Shown here: piece after piece, positions 11,471 to 21,698 of the stretch | How positions within the stretch are numbered: the stretch's first letter is position 1 | Layout: each line of letters begins with the position of its first letter | Assembly (NCBI RefSeq): GCF_006345805.1 | Contig: NC_043003.1 | Location: 12,648,001 to 12,712,000 of the forward strand | DNA from: Octopus sinensis | Taxonomy: Eukaryota | Length of the DNA stretch: 64,000 nucleotides | Direction of reading: 5' to 3' | Program-made: the position numbers and the translations under genes | The notes under the pieces: model-generated | Database searches by the model: none | What the model was told of the DNA's origin: nothing | What the model saw: the letters and a program-made list of their open reading frames with translations, nothing else

Positions 11471-12036
11471 TTGGGTTGTCCAGAAAGTTCGTGCCGATTT
11501 ATAGTAGCTTACCTTTCGACTTATTTTAGAACATGGTTGAGTCCATAAAATAGGATTTGACTACACCTCCATTTAAGGCTCAGTTCAAGCTATCTTTTCC
11601 TGGAAGAAGGTTTATGTTCCTATAACCTGTGTTAATTCTGTAACCCTTTAAAACAGAAGATAAGAAAATTCATTTTCGGCACTTGGTGTTTTGGGAACCA
11701 GACAAAAATTGCTGCAGCTCGGCTGGGATGTGTTACCCCAACCACCATATTCACCAGATATTGCTTTTTCGGATTTCCACTTATTCAGATCTCTGCAGAA
11801 TAGTCTTAATGGTAAAAATTTCAATTCCTTGGATGACGTAAAAAAATACCTTGATGAATTCTTTGCCACGAAACCACCTCAATTCTGGGAAGAGGGTATT
11901 TTCAAGTTAAAGGAAAGATGGAGACGCATTGTGCAACAAAATGGTTCATATTTGGCTGATTAAAAATGTAATGGCAAGTATTTATTGACCTTTTTCTTTC
12001 CTTTAGAAATCGGCAAGAACTTTCCGGACAACCCAA
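11471..12036 (+). mobile_element. Internally deleted mariner transposon (566 bp)
   Basis: 30-bp TIRs ttgggttgtccagaaagttcgtgccgattt / aaatcggcaagaactttccggacaacccaa, with TA on both sides. Confidence 0.92.
11691..11963 (+). pseudogene. Mariner transposase C-terminal remnant
   Basis: LGWDVLPQPPYSPDIAFSDFHLFRSLQN...W..GI.KL.ERW corresponds to the mariner HPPYSPDLAPSDY motif. The N-terminus is absent. Confidence 0.9.
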
Positions 12037-13345
12037 TATTTAGTTTTGTATGGAGGTGTTCATATGGCCTCTGATCCTCAACCCCTGCTATATTGGTTGA
12101 GGTTATAGGAGTTCTGAACTGGTTTTTGTTATCTTTGTTAGTAACAGTTCCCCCCCCCCCCGTCAAAGACAATGTTTGAAGCAAGAATCAAGTGTTTGTG
12201 TGCGTTTGTGGTGCATAATAGTGAGATTGAGACCTGTCCATGGAACATGGTAAGACCAGTCTTCTTCAGGATACTCAGTCCTAGAGTTGGGATGTTAAAC
12301 GATTGAGATAAGTGGTGATATCATCATCATCGTTTAACGTCCGCTTTCCGTGCTAGCATGGGTTGAATGGTTCGACCGGGGTCTGGTAAGCCATGGAGAC
12401 TGCACCAAGCTCCAATCTGATCTGGCAGAATTTCTACATCTGGATGCCCTTCCTAATGCCAACCACTCCGTGAGTGTAGTGGATGCTTTTTACGTTCCAC
12501 CGGCACAGAAGCCAGTCAAGGCGGCGCTTGCATCAGCCACGTTCGGATGGTGCTTTTTATGTGCCACCAGCACAGGTATCATGACTACAGTTCCCATTTG
12601 ATATTCATTTTGATGTTGATGTACTTGACTCAATAGGTCTCCTCAAGCACAGCAGGTCATGTTCCACCGGCACAGAAGCCAGTCAAGGCGGCGCTTGCAT
12701 CGGCCACGTTCAGATGGTGCTTTTTATGTGCCACCGGCACAGTTGTTGTGACTACAATTTCCATTGATATTTATTTTGATATGTTGGGCACAAATCTAAC
12801 CAAACCCCATACATCATGAATAAACGGATGCAGTAGAATTTAAGAATCAACGCATGGTAAGAGGGTTTTTTTTTTAGTGCGGGGAGGGTGGGGAAGAATA
12901 AAGGGACATAATTCTGTCGTTACTTATGGACAACTATTATTGATATGGTTTTGTAATCCTGTTATTGTTTAAAAACCAAACCAATGTTTATATAGACAAC
13001 AATCTTAACGGGATCGTCTCATTTTATTTTGACTACTAATTATTTTTTTGAATGGCTTCTTTACCCATTGACAGAATATCTCAGCATTGTTTGTAGTTGT
13101 GCCAGAAAATACAATGAGTTGGTTGAACGTCTATAAAAACAATGGAAGGGAAGCAATATGCCTTCCTGTAGAGAGATTTTAGGGAGTTTGTTAGGGAGTT
13201 TGCTTCTCTCGATGCGAAGGGAGACAAGATGCTGCCAGAAAAATTATCAAAAGCCGCTCTAAAAGTAAGGCGCCACATTTGGTGCAAGGGAGAGGACGTG
13301 TGGTGCAACAAGATTGAGCATTTAAGGGTGGTAAAAACACTGAAT

Positions 13346-13755
13346 GGATCTTTTCGGTTTGAACGGCAGTTTTTTAAAATAATTTCCACATAACTAAACA
13401 TTTTAAAACTTCGTATACTGGTAGAATGTGTTTATAAAACATCTTTTTCTCTTGGCTTTATTGAGAAAATTCTATAGTTTGTAAGATATTTGTTTTTTTT
13501 TTTCTTCAATTTCTGCAATTTCAACCAATCAATGACGTCTATTGAGGTGAAAACATTCTGTGCCGTATGAATATGTCCCTCGTTTAAGAAACAGATTGGG
13601 TTTATTTACATTTGTGAAGAAAAAAAGATACCCTTCCCCCACCCCTAACCCTAAAACAGATTGAAATGCAATAGATCGATACTAGGGACATAATTAAGGG
13701 TGACAATTTCATATGACACCGCTAGAAAAAACTGCCGTTCAAACCGAAAAGATCT
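13346..13755. mobile_element. MITE with 8-bp TSD (Merlin- or hAT-like)
   Basis: TIRs ggatcttttcggtttgaacggcagtttttt / aaaaaactgccgttcaaaccgaaaagatct. Exact flanking repeat cactgaat (13338-13345, 13756-13763). Confidence 0.75.
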
Positions 13756-13922
13756 CACTGAATTGCATATGACTGAACGAAGCTGGTTTTGTTATGTGGA
13801 AGTTTTGTCGCCTACATCGTTGAGTGGGCCCCGGGCAGCTCTGGTGTCGCGGTGGAAGGGGCCTGGAACAATTACAATACTGCTTCAGCTCTTACAGCAT
13901 ATAAATGTTTCCCTAAATGAAC

Positions 13923-13939
13923 AATTTAGCTATGGCGAT

Positions 13940-13979
<40 letters not shown>

Positions 13980-14027
13980 AGCCCCTGTGCAAGGATGACA
14001 CGCAAATACGCGAAGCGTTCCACATTA
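13923..14027 (+). ncRNA. U6: U6 snRNA copy, probably a pseudogene
   Basis: acatatactaaaattggaacgatacagagaagattagcatagcccctgtgcaaggatgacacgcaaatacgcgaagcgttccacatt matches metazoan U6, with the ACAGAGA box and AGC triad intact. The 5' stem-loop is degenerate, there are several substitutions, and there is no T4+ terminator. Confidence 0.9.
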
Positions 14028-14032
14028 ATTCC

Positions 14033-14195
14033 AGGCGTATGAGTGGCTGTGTGGTAAGTAGCTTGCTTGCGAACCACATGGTTCCGGGTTCAGTCCCGCT
14101 GCGTGGCAACTTGGGCAAATGTCTTCTACTATAGTCTCGGGCCGACCAAAGCCTTGTGAGTGGATTTGGTAGACGGAAACTGAAAGAAGCTCGTC

Positions 14196-14238
<43 letters not shown>

Positions 14239-14428
14239 TGTGTGTTTGTCCCCGCCCCCCAACATCGCTTGATAACCGATGCTGCTGTGTTTACGTCCCC
14301 ATAATTTAGCTGTTCGGCAAAAGACACCGATAGAATTAGTACTAGGCTTACAAAGAATAAGTCCTGGGGTCGATTTGCTCGACTATAAAGTCGGTGCTCC
14401 AGCATGGCCACAGTCAAATGACTGAAAC
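14033..14428 (+). mobile_element. SINE family A, full length
   Basis: Head, (TA)n and tail all present. Begins immediately after the U6 3' end. Confidence 0.9.
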
Positions 14429-14680
14429 AAGTAAAAGAGTAAGTCACAGCTCCAATACTGCGGACCTTTGATTAGAAAGCCACAGGAAAGAGTGGCGAGA
14501 CGGATTCTTGAAGCCAAACCAATCCGAGTAGGAAACCCAGAGGGAGACGTCAGTTGGTGACGTTTGGGAATCCAGCCGGAATGTGTAATCACAGTTGCTA
14601 CCGTTGCTCCCCATCGAGGAGCTGCCTGTTGACTCTACCCTCTCGATTCTCACACGTATAATGAAAAGATGTTTGGATGA
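14428..14680 (+). mobile_element. RTE-clade LINE 3' fragment
   Basis: aagtcacagctccaatactgcggacc, translating SQLQYCGPLIRKPQERVARRILEAKP. Homologous to 8480-8810. Confidence 0.6.
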
Positions 14681-15739
14681 AGGAAAACTACGAGGAAATA
14701 TAAAACCAATATGGTCGTCTATTTTGTGTGTGTGTATAGTATAACGGAGTTATCTCCCTTACCCTAAACCTGAACGATTCAGCAATCTGTGTTGATAAAA
14801 GTCACTAAAAGGAAATAAGTGGACGCAGTATGGTCGAATGGTTAAGAAGTTCACATCGAACTCACGAGGATCCGGGTTCGATAATACATGGGTAAATACT
14901 TCAAGCTTATTTAAGCGTTCTGAGGGAAACTGAGGAAGTTCATTGAATGGTTTGTACCCATAATTTCATGAAAAAGTTCAGCCTTATACACTATGTCACA
15001 CTGACTGAGACTTACATTTAAAAGTACACGTATCTGCGGAGTATTCAGCCACTTACGCGCTTATTCAATAAGTACTCTAGTTGATAAAACAACTAGATAC
15101 GGCGGGTCGATATGTTTGACTAAAACTCTTGGACAGACACGGGCTACGAGCACACAGAGGCAAAACACAACATCCCGTTATCCTGGAAAAGATTTGAAGG
15201 TTCTTTCATTACGAAAGGAAGAAAATTCATCTGAGATTAGCCTGTTCCAAGCCATGTCTGCGGGATATCGAAGACAAGATCTTCTTAGTTCCCACCAAAA
15301 TATGACAGCGTTCATTATTTTTTGTCTTTTACTGACTGAGGCCACGCTGGTGTGTTGCTTTCAAGAGTTTTAGTCGAGAAAATCGACCCCAGTATTTTTT
15401 TATTATTTTTTAAAGTATGGTACTTTATCGGTCTCTTTTGCCGAACCGCTAACTTAGGCAGACGCTAACAAAACAATAGCAGTTGTCAAGTGATGGTGGG
15501 GACAAACACCAACACCATACATATACGAGAGTGTGTGTGTGTATGTATGTTATGTATGTATGTGTCAATCTATGTATGTATGACGAGATTCTACACAGTT
15601 TCCATTTATCAAATTCACTCAAGGCATTGGTTGGTCCGAGATCACAGTAGAAGACACTTGCCCTAGGTGCTGCGCAGTGAGATTGAACCTGAAACCACGT
15701 AGTTGCAAAGCGAGCAACTTAACCACAAGCCGATGCTGA

Positions 15740-16780
15740 AGGACAAGCATATTGATGCATCTATTCCAGGAGATTGACATTCCAGACTTCTCTGGGTGTT
15801 TAGAAGACTATAGGTGGACTTAGTCAAACAATCCAAGAGTCCATGGAAGGGTCACCCAACAGTTGTATGGCTCGACTTGGTTAATGCATTCAGTTCGGTC
15901 CTTCACGAAGTCGTCGGCGCAGGTATGGAGCGCGAGGTGAGTCAAGGACTTGAAACTGTGCACTTCATCAATGGAGGAAGGTAGACTTAAATCAAAAGAG
16001 GGAGGTGATCCAAGCTGAAGTGAGGCGCAAAGTGACATCTAAGGCGAAAGATCACGTGGCCTGAACTTTACTGTGGCGATTAGAAGATCTCAAAAATAAA
16101 AGTCTGCACAGATGGAGGTTCTGGGAGAAGCCCACAGTGTTGATTTTTATGGTGTGTGTGTGTGTGAGAGAGAGAGAGGCATATTGTTGTACACTGACAG
16201 GACGCAAGATAGCACTTAGTGAGTGGAGATACAGATGTTGCCATGACAAGGGCCTCAGATTATTGGCTGACTTCTTGAAACATGAGAGATGAGAAAAGTG
16301 CCGGACCAATATGAGATCACCCTGTTCACGTCAACAGGGAATGGGGGTAGAACTAACCTCCACCAAAAAGACTAAGACGATCCTTCTGCAGGCAACAATA
16401 TTGTAAGAAATAAGGGTTGATCTGAGAAGGAAACTTCACTTTCCGCAGGCTGTCCAACCATTTTCCTCGTTCTCTCGCACCGTACGACTATGATCCCAAG
16501 AGATGAAAGAAGGTAATTCTATTAATCAGACGATCTCATAGGAAAATGAATGCGAATCGGCTTTGGAGAGGAAAGCAGATCAGCCATTTTTTTTCTTTTA
16601 CATTGTTAGACCAGGACCTGGTTTAATAACGAAGGGAAAAAGATTGACAGGTCTGGTTATGTCCAGTTAAGGTTGGCTGCAGGAGTATCCCGTCACGGTC
16701 TGTGGAGGAAGATGCTGACAGCTTTGAGAGTAGCAGAAAAGGAGATGAAAACAGCTGCTTGTTGGTTGGGAGGGGACAGC
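15740..16780 (+). mobile_element. Degraded RLE-type LINE (HERO/NeSL/R2 group) remnant
   Basis: Frameshifted peptides IPDFSGCLE, TVVWLDLVNAFSSVLHE (RT motif) and, near 16670-16760, PVKVGCRSIP and AACWL (C-terminal RLE region). Confidence 0.6.
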
Positions 16781-17240
16781 GGAAAAGATTCTATTGGTGA
16801 TTTGGGGACAGCGGGTAGAAGGATGAGATGAGAGCCAGGGAAAGATGAACAGTGTCTGACCATCTTTGCCGATTCAGCAACTGAAGGATCTGATATTTTG
16901 GAACCGAAACGTCCAACGAAAGATGGTCAATATCTAACAACATCTCCTGGCAGAAAGCTGCAGTCATAAGTATGCGACTGAATTTTGGGACATCTCTAGA
17001 TGGATGTATATATGCAGGCATATATGTATACACGAACACATGGCTGCAGATATGAATATCATTGCACATACTAAACTTCTTGAATCGTTTACATTTTTTT
17101 ACTATCCCTTTGAACAGCTGGTAGCTGTGATATTCTGATTAGGGGTGTTCTGTAAGCTTTTGTAAACCCTAGTTTGTCGGGATTGGTTCTGGGGTAGTTA
17201 GTGATGCAACGAAGTACTTCAATAATTATTGATAGAAACT

Positions 17241-17451
17241 AGAAGATATATTTCGTTTTTGGATTTGGTTTGCAAGATTCTTTATATGAGTTCGTGTGTT
17301 GAAGCATATTCTGTTGTGTCTGGGGAGAGTAATTTTCTTTTTGTGCCTTATAATGTAATACAATCACCAGGAAATTTTACCGGTGGGTGTGTTACATTAT
17401 AAGGCACAAAAAGAAAATGACTCTCCCCAGACACACCAGAAGATATATTTC
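17241..17451. mobile_element. Partly inverted repeat fragment flanked by a 14-bp direct repeat
   Basis: agaagatatatttc at 17241-17254 and 17438-17451. Inverted arms at about 17311-17368 and 17382-17439. The same repeat occurs uninverted at about 5430-5630. Confidence 0.75.
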
Positions 17452-17721
17452 AGATAGAGTCATCGCTGCTTTCTCATCATTTCAGCATAGATGTTTTCTT
17501 TTTCACATACCTTAACATTACGTTGGCATCAATTGGGCAACTGATTTCAATCATTAAGCATAATTTCTTGTCTTCGCCCTAGATAGATTATGTCTCATGC
17601 TTTTGTGAGTCAAAGACGGTAACTCATGGTGGGGAATCGAAGAGTTATTTCCCTTACCATAGGAAACTTCAATTTTGAAATCCCAATCAAAACAGACAAA
17701 TGAAAAGCTCACAGACACTAA

Positions 17722-17944
17722 CCCTTTCAATACTGACCTGGCTGAAACCGCTTCTGGCTCTGTAATACAAATGTCTTGTTTTTCATAAGTTTTGAATTAA
17801 AAGCTTCCACCAAACCTTAGTCCCAATTTATATTCCTAACACCAGCTTAATGATAACTAAGTTATTTGACTAAAGTCTTTGTAATATTTAAAATTAATTG
17901 AAAGAAACACAGAGCATCTCAAAATAAATACGGTAACGGAAGGG
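17722..17944. mobile_element. piggyBac-type MITE
   Basis: Ends ccctttc / gaaggg with TTAA-like flanks (ctaa / ttac). Confidence 0.55.
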
Positions 17945-18544
17945 TTACGCCGGGTCTTGCTTGTTCCACCTAGTTAAGGGGTGAACAGAAGGAGTTTCGA
18001 CAGGTAGTCCTCTGTTATAACAACAAGCAGGTCAAAGTAGAAGATTATTTGTATACCCAACCATAACTCACTGAAAAGCTAGTACCTCTGCTCTATGATC
18101 TGGTTTATATCCCTTTCTCCCTTAATGCTAAGACCAGCATACGTTAGACCTTCCTTACGTTACTTGATAAATATTTTCTACTCAAACAAAGGTATGATCG
18201 ACATTTTTTACGTACTACCCTCTGCTTCAACACAATCCTGGCAACTGATCAGACCTCTCCCACCCTTTCTCCTGGACAAGTGCAACTTATCGGTGTCACT
18301 CTTGGGATGGAATGCTCCGTGCACTATCAATAGTTTCCATGTCTTCGTATCCATATTCTTCTGTTCTTTCTTTTGTTTGTTTATGATTCCAATGCCATAT
18401 CGAAGTGATGCTATCGCCCATGTATTGGGTCGGTGTCTGTCTATTTGTACAGGGTGAAAAATTGAATATTAATTTGATTAATATCAATTTAAAACCAGTG
18501 GTTTAGCATATTAAAATCTGAAGATTCAGAAAAATTATATTACA

Positions 18545-19013
18545 TACATATAAGAAAGATGACCACTACGTGGACATCCATTATGCTAGACGTAGATCCG
18601 CTATGGTCTTACCACTAAGAAAGGAATGTTCTCAAGAAAATTTAGCAAACGCCAGAACGTAAGCGAGAAAGACAAATGAAAAGATACAAAATATAGATTA
18701 GTCATAAACTAATTTCGCTATTAACACTTACGCAAATTATCTATGTAATTGTCCGTAGCTCCTCAGTATGATCGTCATTGCAAATATAATTTGCAGAACT
18801 ATACACGTGACGTTCGCGTGAGATTGAACATGTATATATTTCTACCAATTACACATGGGGTTATCTTTCAAGTCTTCGTTTTGGCGCAAATATCTTGCTC
18901 GCTTACGTTCTGGCGTTTGCTAAATTTTCGTGAGAACATTCCTTTCTTAGTGGTAAGACCATAGCGGATCTACTTCTATCATAATGGATGTCCACGTAGT
19001 GGTCATCCCTCTC

Positions 19014-19020
<7 letters not shown>
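18545..19020 (-). mobile_element. Fold-back Penelope-like element with about 120-bp inverted ends and a central hammerhead
   Basis: Arms gatgaccactacgtggacatcc...gtaagcgag and their reverse complement. Right end abuts (TA)n. Confidence 0.7.
18703..18770 (-). ncRNA. Type-I hammerhead ribozyme fold with canonical core
   Basis: Minus strand: cata CTGAGGA GCTA [inner aatta/taatt hairpin] TAGC GAA ATTAGT T tatg. Stem I is 4 bp, G10.1-C11.1 is present, cleavage triplet GUU. Confidence 0.7.
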
Positions 19021-19072
<52 letters not shown>

Positions 19073-19219
19073 CAAAGCAATTAAGATTCAAGTAACTTCC
19101 AATGAATTTACTTGAATGTGGTACTTAACTTAGATGCACCAGAAAAACTATATGGTGTTATCCATACAGTAATGTGGGGTGATTATAAACGAGAAAGAAG
19201 CAACAAGAATGGATTGGTT

Positions 19220-19308
19220 TTTAGTACAATTGTTTCATACAAAGACAGGCTTTATTACAAGTTGCAAAAATTGCAGCAGATAAAAGTGTCCCGTACTCAT
19301 CAGCTAAA
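19220..19308 (-). ncRNA. Type-I hammerhead ribozyme fold (left arm)
   Basis: Mirror image of 19474-19562, with one substitution in the inner stem II hairpin. Confidence 0.72.
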
Positions 19309-19473
19309 ATACATTTGAGTTCTCTAGACATCTTAGTGGGTGAGGTTATACTCATGAAATATTGGAGATAGTTCCATTAGAGGCAGATATAATGGAACTA
19401 TCTAATGGAACTATCTCCAATATTTCATGAGTATAACCTCACCCACTAAGATGTCTAGAGAACTCAAATGTAT

Positions 19474-19562
19474 TTTAGCTGATGAGTACGGGACACTTTT
19501 ATCTGCTGCAATTTTTGCGACTTGTAATAAAGCCTGTCTTTGTATGAAACAATTGTACTAAA
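19474..19562 (+). ncRNA. Type-I hammerhead ribozyme fold (right arm)
   Basis: tttag CTGATGA gtacgggaca ... tgtctttgtat GAA ACAATTGT A ctaaa. Stem I is 5 bp, stem II about 10 bp plus inner helices, stem III palindromic, predicted cleavage after 19557. Confidence 0.75.
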
Positions 19563-19616
19563 AACCAATCCATTCTTGTTGCTTCTTTCTCGTATATATA
19601 TATATATATATATATA

Positions 19617-19733
19617 TACTTTATTTAAAAGCAGCAGACATTCTGCTGCTTTTAAATAAAGCATATTACTCTACCCCTGGTATTTGAGTACTCTTTTTTC
19701 CATCTTGTTTCACATTTATGTGTTTACTCCGGT

Positions 19734-19735
<2 letters not shown>
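19617..19735 (+). mobile_element. Short Penelope-like 3' end with small 5' inverted duplication, between (TA)n tracts
   Basis: Hairpin tttatttaaaagcagcaga-cat-tctgctgcttttaaataaa, then a tail resembling the reverse complement of 51290-51335. Confidence 0.5.
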
Positions 19736-19765
<30 letters not shown>

Positions 19766-19933
19766 AAGCGATGGCGGCTTTTGAATACATACCCAGCTTT
19801 TGCTTTCCTCAGAATCAGTGTTAGTGGTATCAAGCACAGTACATAGATCAGTGGGGATAGGCAGTCTCCTTGGAAGATGCCCTTTCTGATTTCTACTGTC
19901 CCTAAACTTCTTCCGTATGCTGTCAGGCCCGTC

Positions 19934-19983
<50 letters not shown>

Positions 19984-19998
19984 TATTATTATTATTAA

Positions 19999-20088
<90 letters not shown>

Positions 20089-20089
<1 letters not shown>

Positions 20090-21625
20090 TATGTTTGACT
20101 TTTGCTTTATGTTTGTACAAGTTGGCTCCAAGTCTCACCCAGAGACCTCAAGAGACAACAGGTTGGAAGTTCTGTGCCATATATTGGGGGGGGGGGGGTT
20201 GTACTAGTGACTGTCTAATACATAAAAATAAAAAAATAAAAAATAAATAAGTTTGTTTTAAACCTTGGGATTACATAGAGAGTATTTTGCGTAGGATATG
20301 AGCAGTTCCCATGAGCACTATCTTTTGAATTTCTGCCATTTTGGGGTTTCCTGGTATCTGAGTTAGGTAGCAATCAGTCCCTTTCGCTATCATTCCCAGG
20401 GCACCTATGAAAACAGGTATTGTTTTAGTCTTCAGCTTCCACATTTTGCTGCTTTCTATTTCAAGATCTTTATATTTGCTCAGTTTTAGGTAGGTCTTGA
20501 CAGATACGTTTATATCGATTGGGACAGTCATATCAATGAGGAGGCATGTTCTTTGTCTGAAGTCTTTCAATATAATGTCTGGCCTATTTGCATCTATCTT
20601 CCTGTCAGTTTGAATGGTGAAGTTCCAGAGGAGTGAGATGTGGTCATTTTCAAGCACTGGAGGTGGATTGTGTTCCCACCAGTTTTTTTCATGGGGCAAA
20701 TCCAGGTGTTTGCAAATTACCCAGTGAATATATTGTGAAGCTCTATCATGCCTATTGAGGTACTCTGTAGGCGCTAGAAGACTGCAATGGTTTCATTTTG
20801 TTGTCGGCATACACGACATGTTGGGCTACTGCCATTCTTTAATATGTTGGCCTGGTAGTTTCTTGTTGGTAGGCATTGATCTTGAGCTGCTATGATAAAC
20901 CCCTCTGTTTCAGATTTTAAGCCAGAGGCCATTAGCCATTGATGTGTCAGGGCTTTGTCGATATCTGCATTATTCGCTCTCTTTGGGTATTTGCCATAGA
21001 GAGGTTTTTCTTGCCATTTATTATTCAGAATATCTAAGGCCGCAGTTTTGGCACGGGATTTCATGCGACTAGCTTTTTCTGTGCTTGTTTCTTGTATGTC
21101 TATCTCTAATTCCGAAATTGGTTGTATTCGGAATTCACTTAGATATTCCTTTGCCTGTTTTGTGACTGATTATGATGCTTTCTTGTTTTCATGTTTTGAG
21201 ACAAGTTTTAACATCCAGTCCTCAGAGTTTTTCAGGTAGGTGTCTAGGCCAATTGTAGTAATCTTCATTGTTATTGCCAGTTGCAAAAGACCACGGCCTC
21301 CCTCTTTTCTTGGCAGATAGAGTCGTTCTGTATCTGCCTTAGGGTGGTGCATTCTATGCATTGTCAACAGTTTCCTTATTTTTCTGTCGAGCTGACATAT
21401 TTCAGTAATTGACCAGTTAACAATATTGAAACTGTAAGTCACGACTGGTATGGCTAATGCATTGATCGCTTCGATCCTGTTTCTTGCATTCAACTCTGTC
21501 TTGAGTATTGCTCTCACTCTTCGATAGCATTCTCTCCTGATCCTTTCCTTCATCTCTGAATGCCTTATTCCGTTCCCTTCAATTACCCCTAGGTACTTGT
21601 AGCTCTCCGCTGGGTCTAGTTCTTT
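20089..21625 (-). mobile_element. R4/Dong-clade LINE, subfamily A, 5'-truncated
   Basis: YKYLG, GGRGL, LKSETEGFIIAAQDQ, CRVC, LLWNFTIQTDRKIDANRPDIIL...LLIDMTVP...KYKDL (RLE endonuclease). Frameshifted. Both ends lie in (TTA)n. Confidence 0.9.
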
Positions 21626-21642
21626 TTCTTTTATTATTATTA

Positions 21643-21679
<37 letters not shown>

Positions 21680-21698
21680 TATTATTATTATTATTATT

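Larger units (their letters stand above)
19075..19593. mobile_element. Fold-back element with 193-bp inverted arms between (TA)n tracts
   Basis: Arms 19189-19381 and 19401-19593 differ at 1 position. The spacer contains a tandem duplication of taatggaactatc. Same family as 1-360. Confidence 0.85.

Noticed and set aside
16885-16925. CTGAAG...GAAACGTC hammerhead-like string
   Set aside because: Core reads CTGAAGG, and neither stem I nor stem II pairs.
19877-20207. Poly-Tyr/Ile/Leu ORFs, also at 23081-23666 N-terminus, 33104-33624 and 41658-41891
   Set aside because: (TTA)n microsatellites. The Met start of the 23081-23638 ORF comes from the repeat, not from the Dong element.
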